From contig CM075993.1 in NCBI GenBank assembly GCA_038087875.1, forward strand, positions 10,356,001 to 10,420,000: a stretch of 64,000 nt of DNA, read 5' to 3'. This document shows, in pieces, positions 49,406-61,457 of this stretch. The notes beneath the pieces were generated by a model. It made no database searches. It was given only the letters and a program-made list of their open reading frames with translations, and had not been told where the DNA came from. Origin of the DNA: Malacoraja senta (Eukaryota). The translations under genes and the position numbers were made by a program. How positions within the stretch are numbered: the stretch's first letter is position 1; every line of letters starts with the position of its first letter.

Positions 49406-49717
49406 ATTGTTCTTTAAATTCCTAAATACAAACTGACTAATATTGTGGATGTTATCTACAGGGACTGGGATGTGTCAATGTAAGTTAGATCTGGTGACCT
49501 GATCTGTTGGCATTATCAATGGAAGTGTATATGCAAGAGGTTGTAGATGAAGATCGCTCCTACTGTAATTATAGCTACTTGAGCAGAGCATCTTTGATCT
49601 TAAGATGTCTTTGAAGTTGGTGAAGCACCATCTGGACTGCTAGCGCGAGTGATTTTCTTCTAATGGAATTAAGTTCCACCTGGCAACTATTGCTGCTATG
49701 CAAGTTCTTGTTATTAC

Positions 49718-50004
49718 TTTAGTTTAGAGATACAATGGGGAAACGGGCACTTCAGCCCATCAAGTACACGCCGACCAGTGATCACCTGTACACTAGTTCT
49801 ATCCTAGACACTAGGGACAATTTACCAAAGCCAATTAACCTATAAACCTGCCAACCTTTGGAATATCAGAGGAACATGGATAAAACTCGCCGAGTCATAG
49901 GGAGAACGTACAAATCCGTACAGACAGCACCCGGACTCAGGATCGAACCCGAATCTTTGGCGCTGGAAGGCAGCAACTCTAACACTGTGCCATTGTGCCA
50001 CCCT
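49718..50004 (-). mobile_element. HE1-like V-SINE
   Basis: tttagtttagagatac tail and caggatcgaacccg B-box-like segment in reverse. Confidence 0.78.
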
Positions 50005-50276
50005 CCTATGTCCAAGTAGTGAATCTAGCCTCCCTGATTGCTCAGCCAGAAAATTGAGTTACAAAATGTTATAGACTAATGTGATTTAACTTGGATGTGG
50101 GGAAATATAAATTTGGTTTACCAACAATGGAAGATGTCATTTTGTGTTTTTATTGTTTGAATGTTGCCCAAGTTATTGTTTTAAGATGAACGTTTGAAAC
50201 TGGAAACCAGCTTTTTGTGTAAGTAAATATATTAAGAATTCTTTCAAATACCTACATGGAATTACTTTCCTTGCAG

Positions 50277-50468
50277 GAGTCCTGTATGGATCGGCAGCTG
50301 GGAGCATGGTGTGTCAGATCATTAATTCTCTATTGTTGCTGCCTGTCTCTGTGGCACGGCCTTTGCTAAGTCACCTGCTGGATTTACTACCATCATTGGA
50401 TCGTTTAAACCGACTTTTACCGGCGGCAGCCTTTTTAGAGGAACAGGAGCTGCAATGGCCACTGCATG
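50277..50468 (+). CDS. HERC1: HERC1 exon (192 bp)
   Basis: ccttgcAG / VLYGSAAGSMVCQIINSLLLLPVSVARPLL...QELQWPLH-G / GTAAGA. Confidence 0.96.
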
Positions 50469-50658
50469 GTAAGAAAGGTCCTTTTTGACACATGGGTTGT
50501 GAATAATCTGCTAGCTTTCTATTTTTGCATTATCGGGAAATAATTGAATGTTATTCATTCACACGTTATTTGAGTGGGATCAAAATGTAGCATAAAATCT
50601 GAGAATGGAATATTTTTTTAAAATATATATAATGGTAAACTGTTCAATTTGCAATTAG

Positions 50659-50880
50659 GTAATCCTGAATGTGTTGACCCTGAGGATTTGGCGATTCCAC
50701 ACCCTGCCCAGTCTTGGGTCTGGCTGGTGGATCTGGAGAGAACGGTTGCACTACTCGTGGGGCGATGTCTTGGTGGAATGTTGCAGGGTTCACCGACGTC
50801 ACCAGAGGAACAAGACACGGCTCACTGGTTGAAAACGCCCCTCTTCAGCAATGGATTGGAAATGGATCACTCTCAGCTAG
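50659..50880 (+). CDS. HERC1: HERC1 exon (222 bp)
   Basis: caattAG / NPECVDPEDLAIPHPAQSWVWLVDLERTVALLVGRCLGGMLQGSP...LFSNGLEMDHSQL-D / GTAAAA. Confidence 0.95.
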
Positions 50881-51039
50881 GTAAAAGTCATTTCCACATT
50901 CAGTGATTCAGCTCAGAAGTATATTGAAGTGTAACTTTCCTTTCCCTTCCTGAAAAAGCTATTTCAGTTGTGGAGATCACGCTCAATGTAGTGGCAGCTT
51001 ACAGACTGCAATATAAATTTTTTGGAAGCAGATTTTGCC

Positions 51040-52520
51040 ATAGAAAATGGACAATGCTAGAGGTCTTCAGATGCATTAAGGTAGATAAATCCCTGGGATC
51101 TGATTATGTGTATCCTAGGACATTATGAGAAGCTTGGGAAGAAATTCCCTGGTCCCTGACAGATATTTGTGTCATTGATAGCCATGGGTGCGGTACTGCA
51201 AGGCTGAAGGGCAGCTAATGTTGTGGCACTATTTAAGAGAGGCTGCAATGAAAAGCCTTAGAACTAGTGAACCTGACGTCAGTGGAGGATGTTATTGGAG
51301 GGGTTCATGAGAGACAGGCTCAGGCTGTCAGATGGCCTTGTGCATGGGATATGTCCCAAATATGGTTGAATGTTTGGAAGAGGTGACCAAGAAGATTGAG
51401 AACAGTGCAGTAGACGATGTTTATATGAACTTTAGCAAGTCCTTTGACAAGGTTCCACAAGGCAGGCAAGTCTGAAAGCTCAGATAATGTTGCACCTACG
51501 TTAGCCAATATGGTACAAAATTGGCTTGAAGATAGGAAATGGAGGTGGTGGAAGAGGGTTATTTTACAGGCTGGTGGCCAGAAATGAGTAGTGTGCCAAA
51601 GGGATTGGTGTCGGGTCGACTGTTGTTTGTTATTGATGTGAATACAAGTGGCATGATTAATAAGTTCGGTATAACGCTAAAACTACTGGTAGAGTGTACA
51701 ATGAAGGGCATCTAAGATTACCATGCAATCTTGATCAACTGGGCCAATGGGCAAGGAATGGCAGATGGAGTTTAATTCAGATAAATGTGAGGTTTTGCAC
51801 TTTGGTAAGTCAAGCTAGGGCAGGACTTGAATAGTAAATGGTAGGACCCTGGGAAGTGTTGTAGATCAGAAAGCCGTAGAGGTACAGGCACATCGTTCCA
51901 TGAAAGGGTCGACAAGATGTGAAGGAGGCGTTTGGTATGTTTGCCTTCATCAGTCACTGTATTGAGTTCGAGAGTTTGGATATCATGTTAACGGTGTACA
52001 AGATGTTACTAAGGCCACATTTACAGTACTATATACAGCTCTACTCACCCTGCATAGGAAGGATATTAAACTGGCAAGAGTGCAGAAAAGATTTAAGAGG
52101 ATGTTACCGGGTCTATAAGGCTTGAGGCTGGATTTTTCCTCACTGGAGCGTGGGAGGCCAAGTGGAGAACTTAATAAAATCACATTTATAATATTAGAAG
52201 GGATATTGATAAGGTGAATAGCCACAGTCATTTCCCTAAGTGGAGATTAAAACTAGAGGGGATAGGTTTATTTTGGTAGGGAGGGTGAAGAGGAAGGCCC
52301 TGATGGACAACATTTTTCACACAGAAGGTGGTGGGTATGTGGAACGAGCTGCCAGAAAAAGTGGTAGAGATGGGTACAATTACAACATTCAAAAGACATG
52401 TGAACAGGTACTTTGAAAGGGGAAGCTTGGAGGGATACGAGCCAGATGCATGCAAGTGGGACTAGCTCAGTTAGGTAACTTGGTTGTCATGGATGAGTTG
52501 GGCCAAAGGGTCTGTTGTGT
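51040..52520 (+). mobile_element. Old degenerate CR1 LINE
   Basis: Remnants tttgacaaggttccac, tggcagatggagtttaat, LLRPHLQYYIQ and tggaacgagctgccag. Confidence 0.75.
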
Positions 52521-53607
52521 ATAGCTTGATCCCTGTGTGGCTGCATACTTCCAGGAATGTGGTGCTTGGGATTATCAGCTATAATTACAACATGATTTGG
52601 AGTTTATTCAAAACATATGAGTTTAAACTGTAAATTTAAAAAAAGTATTTAAATTGACATGTTTAGTTAAAGTAATCGGAAGAAAAATCTTGATTGCGGA
52701 GTCAGGAACAGAAATAATTATATTCAAAGAATGAAGCGTCAGTTAGAATAGAAAAGGGTTTATAAATAAATAATCATGGGGTTATGAGGCTATGGGAATG
52801 GATGAAGTGTTGAATGGATGAAGACTTATGGGGAGAAGGCAGGAAAATGTGATTAGGAGGCAGAGATCAGCCATGATTGAATGGCGGAGTAGACTCTCTA
52901 GGCCGAATGGCCTAATTCTACTCTTGTAACTATCTTTCTGAGGAATATAACTTGGTCACCTGAGCTGTGAAAGTCTGAGATTCTAAGCAAATGTTGAATG
53001 ATTGTGAGAGAAATGGATGACGATTACTTATTGAATGTGGTTGTTTAAGATAACTTTTCATATCAATATAATTAATGTAAAAATTAAAGTGTTGGAACAA
53101 AATAGGTTCATTATGTACATTAGGCATCCAACCTGTTTAGTTCTTGCATTATATTCACTGTTGTAGTTAGAAGGTCCAGCACAAATTATTCTAAGGATTA
53201 ATTATTTTTACCAACAATAAGATTTCTCCCCATATTATTGCCTCTACATACCAAGCTTGATTTACCACGTGAAGTAGGTTTAGTCATATCAAAAGTATCA
53301 AGACACCAGTTGGTCCTGATATCAAAGTTTAGTTCAGAGATACAGCATCGGAAAAGGCCCTCTGGTCCACGTTAACCATCCATCCCCCGTTCACACTAGT
53401 CTATGTTATCCACTCTGCCATGAGAGGCAATTTAAAGAGACCAATTGACTTACTGACCTGCACTTCTTTGGGATGTTGGAGAAAACCGAAGCACTGGCAG
53501 GAAACCCATTTGGTCACAGGGAGAATGTGCAATCTCCACACAAACAGCATTGAAGATCAGGATCACACTCTTTCTTAAATTGGATTATGCAACACTTGTA
53601 CACCTTA

Positions 53608-54119
53608 TCATATACCTATTCAAACTCTGATCTTGGATGTGTGTGTGTTTGTTCATGTGTGTATTTGTTTGTGTATAATCACATCTCGAAAAAACGACGC
53701 GCTAACGGTTAAATTTTTACATATTTCGCTAGAGATTTTCCCCCGGAGTCTGAAATCGCCGCTTCTGAAAAATTCATGCTTTATTTCTCCAGTTATTAAT
53801 GAAATGTACAAGAATCTGAAAAGACTGGAAAAAACCCCGCTGTCTTCTTGCTCTCGCTGCAAGTGACGTCATCCCCCCTCCCCCCCCCCCCCCGTACTCG
53901 GGCCCTGCCTGGAGCGGGTCTCACGTGGGGCAACGGGTACGGGACGGTTGCATTGGGGGGAGCCGGGAACGGGGGAACCAGCCCTACCCTGTGATGACGC
54001 GACCCCACCCCTCAAACACTACCCCGCTCCCTCTCTGTCCCCCATGCCTCCCGTGGGGGCTACAGGTAGGGGGTGGCTGCGTTGGGGGAGCAGATTCAAT
54101 GGGTCTGCACTTGGTCTAG
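53608..54119 (+). mobile_element. Non-autonomous Helitron
   Basis: Ends CTAG|T with subterminal hairpin GCAGATTC-aat-GGGTCTGC (54090-54108); candidate A|TC start; internal GT microsatellite; no TIR or TSD. Confidence 0.65.
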
Positions 54120-54211
54120 TTTAATCTATAAATTTTGGAAGGATTTTAAATTCAGATTTGAAAGTCTAGCTTATTGTACAACTGGTAAGATAAAGTTCTT
54201 TGTTTGTACAG

Positions 54212-54385
54212 ATAAATGCATGAGCTCTCTGCTAGAAGTTGCACTGTCTGGAAATGAAGAACAGAAACCTTTTGAATATAGCCTTGGAGCAGAGAACGTA
54301 ATGCTTGTTGATCTGGCTTTGGGCTCCAGCAAAGAACCTGTCAATGCTCTGTGGCTCAAAATGCAGGACTATGCTGTCACCAAAG
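54212..54385 (+). CDS. HERC1: HERC1 exon (174 bp)
   Basis: tttgtacAG / KCMSSLLEVALSGNEEQKPFEY...LWLKMQDYAVTK-D / GTATGT. Confidence 0.95.
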
Positions 54386-55402
54386 GTATGTGAAGTGGTT
54401 TAAAACTTTAGCTATGTGTATTTGTCTAATTATATCCATCTGCCCAACGCACACTTTGAGAAATAATAACCTGCTCAATAGCAATTTTCTCAGTAAATTC
54501 CGCAATAGTTCAAACAGAGGGATGACCGAAACCAAGATTGAAAACAAATTTCAGTATCATTTTAAATATGCAAAGAGATATAGGTAATTGAGGTGACAAT
54601 GGCTCGAGTTGGAATTCTATGAAAGGGGGGCTAAGATAATTGAAGGTTCTATCCATTGATAGGTGGGTTGAATTATCAGGAGTGTGATCTGAGGAACATT
54701 AAATATAGACAAAGAATTTGAAGCTTTTTGAGATTATAGAGATCAGGAACCCACTCAGGAATCCTACTCTATTTTACATTCATGCTTTGTCAACAAGGGA
54801 ACAAATAAATAAGGCAGGTATTAAAGTTTTAATGAATTACAACTTGTGGTGTTAGCAAGAAAGGATTGGGAGACCAGCAAGTTGTGCTCTGGGCAATTCT
54901 GCTGATAACATGGATAAGGGACTTGAAAGCAGTGATGCTGCACTGAGATGATAGATGGGTGTGGTGGACAGGAGATGAAGCCCTGTTTAAGATAAAAAAT
55001 GGTGGAAACTGTTGAATTACTATTCAACAGTAACTATTTGGACAATAAAACTATTGCAGCAACAGGGTCCTGGAGCTTTCACTGAGCAGGTCAGTTTGAC
55101 GTGAGTGTTCAGTTAAAGAAAGTGCTACCTCATCTAGGTTTTGGAGTTAGAAGCAACATATTTATTTATTTATTTACGGGATAAGAGCATTCTGGGAACA
55201 TCTGACATTGAAGTCATGATCTGCTGGGATACTGGAAATGCATCAATCATCTGGATCGTACTTGGTATTAACATTGAACAAAAGATATTCCATTCCACAG
55301 TAGGAACGGTAACACTTAAAAACACAGGTTTCCCGTGCTAATCTGAAATGTATGCCAATTACTTACCAATAGATTTATTGATGTTATAAATATATTTTCC
55401 AG

Positions 55403-55517
55403 ATTGGGATAGTGCTGTACTTGGCAACGAGACCTTGTTGGATACAGCTTCAAGATTTGTCCTTGCAGCTCTTTTGAAGCACACTAGTTTACTCAATCAA
55501 GTGTGTGGGGAGAGCAG
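55403..55517 (+). CDS. HERC1: HERC1 exon (115 bp)
   Basis: ttttccAG / WDSAVLGNETLLDTASRFVLAALLKHTSLLNQVCGES-R / GTAAAT. Confidence 0.95.
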
Positions 55518-55784
55518 GTAAATAAAAAAAGATGTTTTCATTTGGTAATAGACCAGATTTGGAGGGACTGTTCTTTTTTTGAGTGTCATTTCCAATTTAA
55601 CAAGTTATTTGAGTCAACACAATGAGGGGATATTATATTAAAAAAATATTTTATATTTGCACACAGTCGAGACCAAGTACATTATTCACATCAAACTGGT
55701 TTACAGAGTGAAGAACAATTGGGACAGGATGGTGAACAAGAAGCAAGGTGAAAGAGCAGGGGTTTATGCATACACGCAAGGTTA

Positions 55785-56150
55785 TAAGGAATAGGAGTAG
55801 AATTAGACCATTCAGCCCATCAAATCTACTCTGCCATTCAATCATGGCTGACCCATCTCTCCCTCCTAACCCCATTCTCCTGTCTTCTCCCCATAACCTC
55901 TGACACCCGTACTAATCAAGAATCTATCTATCTCTACCTTAAAAATATCCACTGACGGCCTCCACAGCCTTCTGTGGCAAAGAATTCCACAGATTCACCA
56001 CTCTCTGACAAGAAATTTCTGCTCATCTCCTTCCTAAAAGAACGAATGTCCTTTAATTCTGAGGCTACGACCTCTAGTTCTAGACTCTCCCACTAGTGGA
56101 AGCATCCACTCTATCCAAGCCTTTCACTATGTTTTAATGAGGTTCCCACT
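55785..56150 (-). mobile_element. CR1 LINE 3' end
   Basis: Reverse complement resembles 36103-36575. Confidence 0.82.
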
Positions 56151-56223
56151 CAGATGAGTGTAACAACAGCGTCTCTTTGTCTCTGTCTCACTCAGTGCCA
56201 GTCCTTCCAATCCTGCCTGCTTG

Positions 56224-56227
<4 letters not shown>

Positions 56228-56279
<52 letters not shown>

Positions 56280-56290
56280 CCTCTCTCCCT
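56228..56290. repeat. (CT)n microsatellite
   Basis: About 25 CT units followed by a C-rich tract. Confidence 0.95.
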
Positions 56291-56464
56291 CCCCACCCCT
56301 GTCATATCTACCCACTCACTCGTCCCCATGCACCCTCGCCCCTTGCCAGGTCTTCCCTTCTCTCTCTTTCTGCCAGCTGCCTGCGTCCCCATTCGCTACC
56401 TTAGTCCCATTTCTCTGCCTGCCTCTCTGCCCACTCCCCAACCCCACAAAGATGGAGGATTCCT

Positions 56465-59272
56465 CTAGCCCTAGGAGCTCTATCTAACTCTCTTTTGAAT
56501 GCATCCAGTGAATTGGCCTCCACTCCTCCAACATCGGGAACATGTTTCCTGCATCTAGCGTGTCCAATTCCTTAATAATTGTATATGTTTCTATAAGATT
56601 CCCTCTCATCCTTCTTAATTCCAGTGAATACAAACCCAGTCGCTCCACTCTTTCATCATATGACAGTCCCGCCATCCCGGGGATTAACCTAGTGAACCTA
56701 CGCTGCACTCCCTCAAAAGCAAGAATGTCTTTCTTCAAATTAGGAGACCAAAGCTGCACACAATACTCCAGGTGTGGTCTCACCAGCGCCCTGTACAACT
56801 GCAGAAGGAACTCTGCTCCTATACTCAACTCCTCTTGTTATGAAGGCCAACATGCCATTAGTTTTATTCACTGCCTGCTGTACCTGTATGCTTCCTTTCA
56901 ATGACGATTGTACTAACACACCCAGGTCTTGTTGTACTTCCTCTTTTCCTAACCTGACACCATTCAGATAATAATCTGCCTTCCCGTTCTTGCCTCCAAA
57001 TGGATAACCTCACATTTATCTGCATTATACTGCATCTACCATGCATCTGCCCACTCACCCAACCTATCCAAGGCACTCTGCATCCTCATAGAATCCTCTT
57101 TACAGTTCACACTGCCACCCAGCTTTGTCATCTGCAGATTTGCTAAAGTTACTTTTAATTCCTTCATCTAAATCATTAATATATATTGTAAATAGCTGCG
57201 GTCCCAGCACCGAGCCTTGTGCTACTCCAGTAGTCACTGCCTACAATTCTGAAAGTGACCTGTTAATCCCTACTCTTTGTTTCCTGTCTGCCAATCAATT
57301 TTCTATCGATGTCAATACCCTACCCCCAATACCATGTGCTCTAATTTTGCCCACTAATCTCAAAGGTTATCAAAAGCTTACTGAAAGTCCAGGTACACTA
57401 CATCCACTGGCTCTCCCTTGTCCATTTTACCTGTTACATCCTCAAAAAATTCCAGAAGATTTGTCAAGCATGATTTCCCCTTCGTAAATCCATGCTGACT
57501 CGGATCGATCCTGTTACTGCTATCCAAATGCGCCGCTATTACATCTTTGATAATCGACTCCAGCATCTTCCCCACCACCGATGTCAGACTAACTGGTCTA
57601 TAATTCCCTGTTTTCTCTCTCCCTCCTTTCTTGAAAAGTGGGATAACATTAGCTACCCTCCAATCCACAGGAACTGATCCAGAATCTATAGAACATTGGA
57701 AAATGAATACCAATGTGTCCATGATTTCTAGTCACCTCCTTGAGTACCCTGGGATGCAGACCATTAGACCCTGGGGATTTATCAGCCTTCAGTCCCATTA
57801 GTCCATCCAACACCATTTCCTTACTAATGTGAATTTCCTTCAGTTCCTCCATCACCCATGGTACTCTGTCCCCTAGTACATCTGGGAGATTGTTCGTGTC
57901 TTCGTAGTGAAGACAGAACCAAAGTACCTGTTCAACTCGTCTGCCATTTTCTTGTTCCCCATAATAAATGTACCTGTTTCTGTCTTCAAGGGACCCATAT
58001 TTGCCTTAACTAATTTTTTACTCTTCATATACCTAAAGAAGCTTTTACTATCCTCCTTTATATTCTTGGCTAGCTTAATCTTTTCTCCCCGTATTGCCTA
58101 TTAGTTATCTTCTGTGATCTTTAAAAGTTGCCCAATCCTCTGGCTTCCCGCTCATCTTTGCTGTGTTATATGTCTTCTCTTTTTTTTTTACTGTCCTTGA
58201 CTTCCCATGTCCGCCACAGTCGCCTCTTACTCCCGTTAGAATCTTTCTTCCTCTTTGGAATGAAATGATCCTGCATGTTTTGGATTATTCCCTGAAATAC
58301 CTGCCATTGCTGTTCCACCATCATCCCTGCTAGGGTCCCTTTCCAGTCAACTTTGGCCAGCTCCTCCCTCATGCCAACATAGTCCACTTTGTTCAACTGT
58401 AATACTGACACTTCCGATGTTACCTTCTCCCTCTCAAATTGCAGATTAAAACTTATCATATTGTGGTCACTACCTCCTAATTGTTCCTTTACCCTGAGTT
58501 CCCTTATCAAATTTGGTTGATTACATAACACTAAATCCAGAATTGCCTTTTCCCTGGTAGGCTCCAGTACAAGCTGCTCTGAGAATTGGAGGCACTCCAC
58601 AAACTTCCTTTCTTGGGATCCATTACCAACCTGATTTTCTTAGTCTACCTGCATGTTAAAATCTCCCATGACCACCATAGCATTACCTTTGTTACGTGCT
58701 AATTTTAACTCCTGGTGCAACTTGTACCCTATCTCCAGGCTACTGTTTGGGGGTCTGTAGATAACTCCCAATTAGGGTCTTTTTACCCTTACCATTTCTC
58801 AGTTCTATCCACAATGACTCTACATCTTCTGATTCTATGTCACCCCTCGTAAGAGACAGAATTTAATTCCTTACCAACAGAGCCACCCCACCCCCTCTGC
58901 CCACCTGTCTGTCTTTTCGATAGGACGTATACCCCTGAATTATTAGTTCCCAGCTCCGATCCTCTTGCAGCCATGTCTCTGTAATTCCCACAATATCATA
59001 TTTACCAATCTCTAACTGAGCCTCAAGCTCATCCACTTTATTCCTTATAGTTCGTGCATTCATTTATAACACTTTAAATTCAGTATTCACCTCCCCTCTA
59101 GCACTGGTTCCTATTTCACCTGACCTTACTCTCTTATCCCTTCTTGAACTTTCCGTCCCATTAATTTGGGTGCCTTTCGTAACTTTTCCTGTACTATCTT
59201 CTTCTTTAACTCCATCCTTATACTCCCAATTTGTCAACCCCTCCCTCCCTGCTATTTAGTTTAAACCCACCC
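56465..59272 (-). mobile_element. Long decayed CR1 LINE (APE endonuclease plus RT)
   Basis: NARTIRNKVDEL/GITETWL/RKDR..GRGGGVAL, LDLV/GGSDHN, NYRPVSLTSVVGK and LVRPHLEYCVQ in broken frames. Confidence 0.92.
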
Positions 59273-59274
59273 GT

Positions 59275-60140
59275 TTCAATCATGGCTGATCTATCTTTCC
59301 TTCTGAACCAAATTTGGATGCCTTCTCCCCATACCCCCGGACACCCGTACTAATCAAGAATCTATCTATCTCTGCCTTCAAAATATCCATTGACTTGGCT
59401 AAAGAAATTCCTCCTCATCTCCTTCCTAAAGGAACGTTGTTTAACTCTGAGGCTATGATCTCTGGTCCGAGACTCCTCCACTAGTGGAAACGTCCTCTCT
59501 GCTCATTCCTGGGATCATGCTCGTAAGCCTCCTCTGGACCCTCTCCAGAGCCAGCACATCCTTCCTCAGATATGGGGTACAAAATTGCTCACAATACTCC
59601 AAATATGGCCTTATAGAGCCTCAGCATTACATCCCTGTTCTTGTATTCTATCCCTCTTGAAATGAATGCTGGCATTGTGCTTGCCTTCCTTACTACCAAT
59701 CCAAGTTGCAAATGAACTTTTTGGGGAATTCTGCACCAGCACTCCCAAGTCCCTTTGCACCTATGCCTTTAATCCTACTATCAAAATGCATGACTCCACA
59801 CTCTGCTATGCTGTATTCCAACTGCCACTTCCCTCTGCCCATTCTCCTAACCTGTCCCAAGTCCTTCTGCAGTCCCTCCTTTCTCTACACTACCTGCCCC
59901 ACCACCTATCTTCATATCATCTGCAAACTTGGCCACAAAGCCTTCAATCCCCTTCATCCAAATCATTAGCATACAACGTGAAGATTAGCGGCCATAGCAC
60001 CGACCCCTGCGGAACTCCACTAGTCACTGAACCAGAAAAGGCCCCCTTTATTGCCATTCTTTGCCTTCGACCATCCAACCAACCTGCAATCCATGCTACT
60101 ATCTTCCCTTTGATACCATGGGCTTTCATCTTTAGCAGCC
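59275..60140 (-). mobile_element. Deleted CR1 LINE fragments
   Basis: KAHGIKG..WIAGWL...SGVPQGSVL plus CR1 3' end. Confidence 0.8.
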
Positions 60141-60834
60141 TCGGAGAGGGGAAATAAATAAAGAAAATCAGTAATTAGAAAAGGGCTAGGACATGCAGAA
60201 GGTTAACAATGACTGAATTTTGCTAGTGGATGAGAGCAGAATTCTCCATCTAGGATAGAGAGAATGGGTATAAATATCGATGATGGTGCTAGCTTTACTT
60301 TATAGTTGTAAATGGGGAGGTCCTGCCAGATCTTTACTTTTGGATGATCCATTCAATTTCCATTAAATAATGCCAAATGTGCAAATGACTTTATATTCTT
60401 GCCATCCAAGACTCCTACGATTTAATTTTCAGAGTGGCAACTTTGTGCGTGATACTTTCTGTCATGCATCCTCCCACAGTTCTGATGTCAGCTGTTGTAG
60501 GATATATATGGCAGGAGTCTTTACTAAAACAATTAGCTCATGGTAGTTTGTAATGGTTCCTGTTTACCAGCAGCTGACACATTCCATATGTACAGCTTCC
60601 TCATCAACCATGAGACTTTCCAGATGGACTGAACGTCGCCAGGCTTATTCATATCAGCTTTGCAAATACCATTGGCACAATGGCGGTTTAGGCTGATTTG
60701 TCGCATTATGTCCTCTGAACATTTGTAAATCTTTGTTCGTTTTTGTGAAATAAATTACCTGAATCTTGTTCCAATAGACATTTATGTTTAGCACCATTTT
60801 TAGTCACCTAATTTTTTTCAATCTTTTATCTTAG

Positions 60835-60955
60835 ATACCAACCTAGTAAAGCACTTGCAGAAATATATCGTTGCGTTTACAAGGTCCGTAACAGATTACT
60901 AGCATGTAAAAACATGGAACTTATCCAGACACAGTCACCTTCCAATGAAAGGAGG
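60835..60955 (+). CDS. HERC1: HERC1 exon (121 bp); gene continues beyond the window
   Basis: ttatcttAG / YQPSKALAEIYRCVYKVRNRLLACKNMELIQTQSPSNERR / GTAAGT. Confidence 0.95.
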
Positions 60956-61457
60956 GTAAGTTCATGTAAAAAGATTTTAAATACATCAGTGTTTTGTTAT
61001 TGGAACACCCTTCCAGGTAGCTTTGAGTGGAATAGTTTGTACTTTGGACAGTGGAAGCTTACACCACATGAAGAAAGTATATGATCTTTCTTGCTTATGG
61101 CAGCTCATCATGACAGGAATCCAAAACTGATCCCACTGCCCTGCCATTACTCCATTGCCTTACCTTCGTTTTCATACATTTCATACCCCTTTTAAATCGT
61201 TTTGAATGATTTTTTCCCTCTTAATTCTTATTCCCTCTTCTCATTCATTTTTCAGATTTTCTCTGTTACTATCTCCTTTTGAAAAAACTTTTGCCTAACC
61301 ACCTATCGACTAGACCTTCATAGCATGTTTTTACCATTTAATTTCATCTAAGCTTTCTGCTTCTCCAGATATTTGTAATATTCCAGCTTCCCCTTAAGCT
61401 TAATGTCACCCACCTACCATACCCCATGTGCTTTGTTTATAAAATATATCACCAACT

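Noticed and set aside
56127..56487. RE/SL-repeat ORFs
   Set aside because: Translation of the (CT)n microsatellite
581..60834. Non-canonical or U12 introns, or nested snoRNA/tRNA genes
   Set aside because: All 19 complete introns traced are GT-AG; tRNA-like segments belong to V-SINE heads; no snoRNA could be supported by eye
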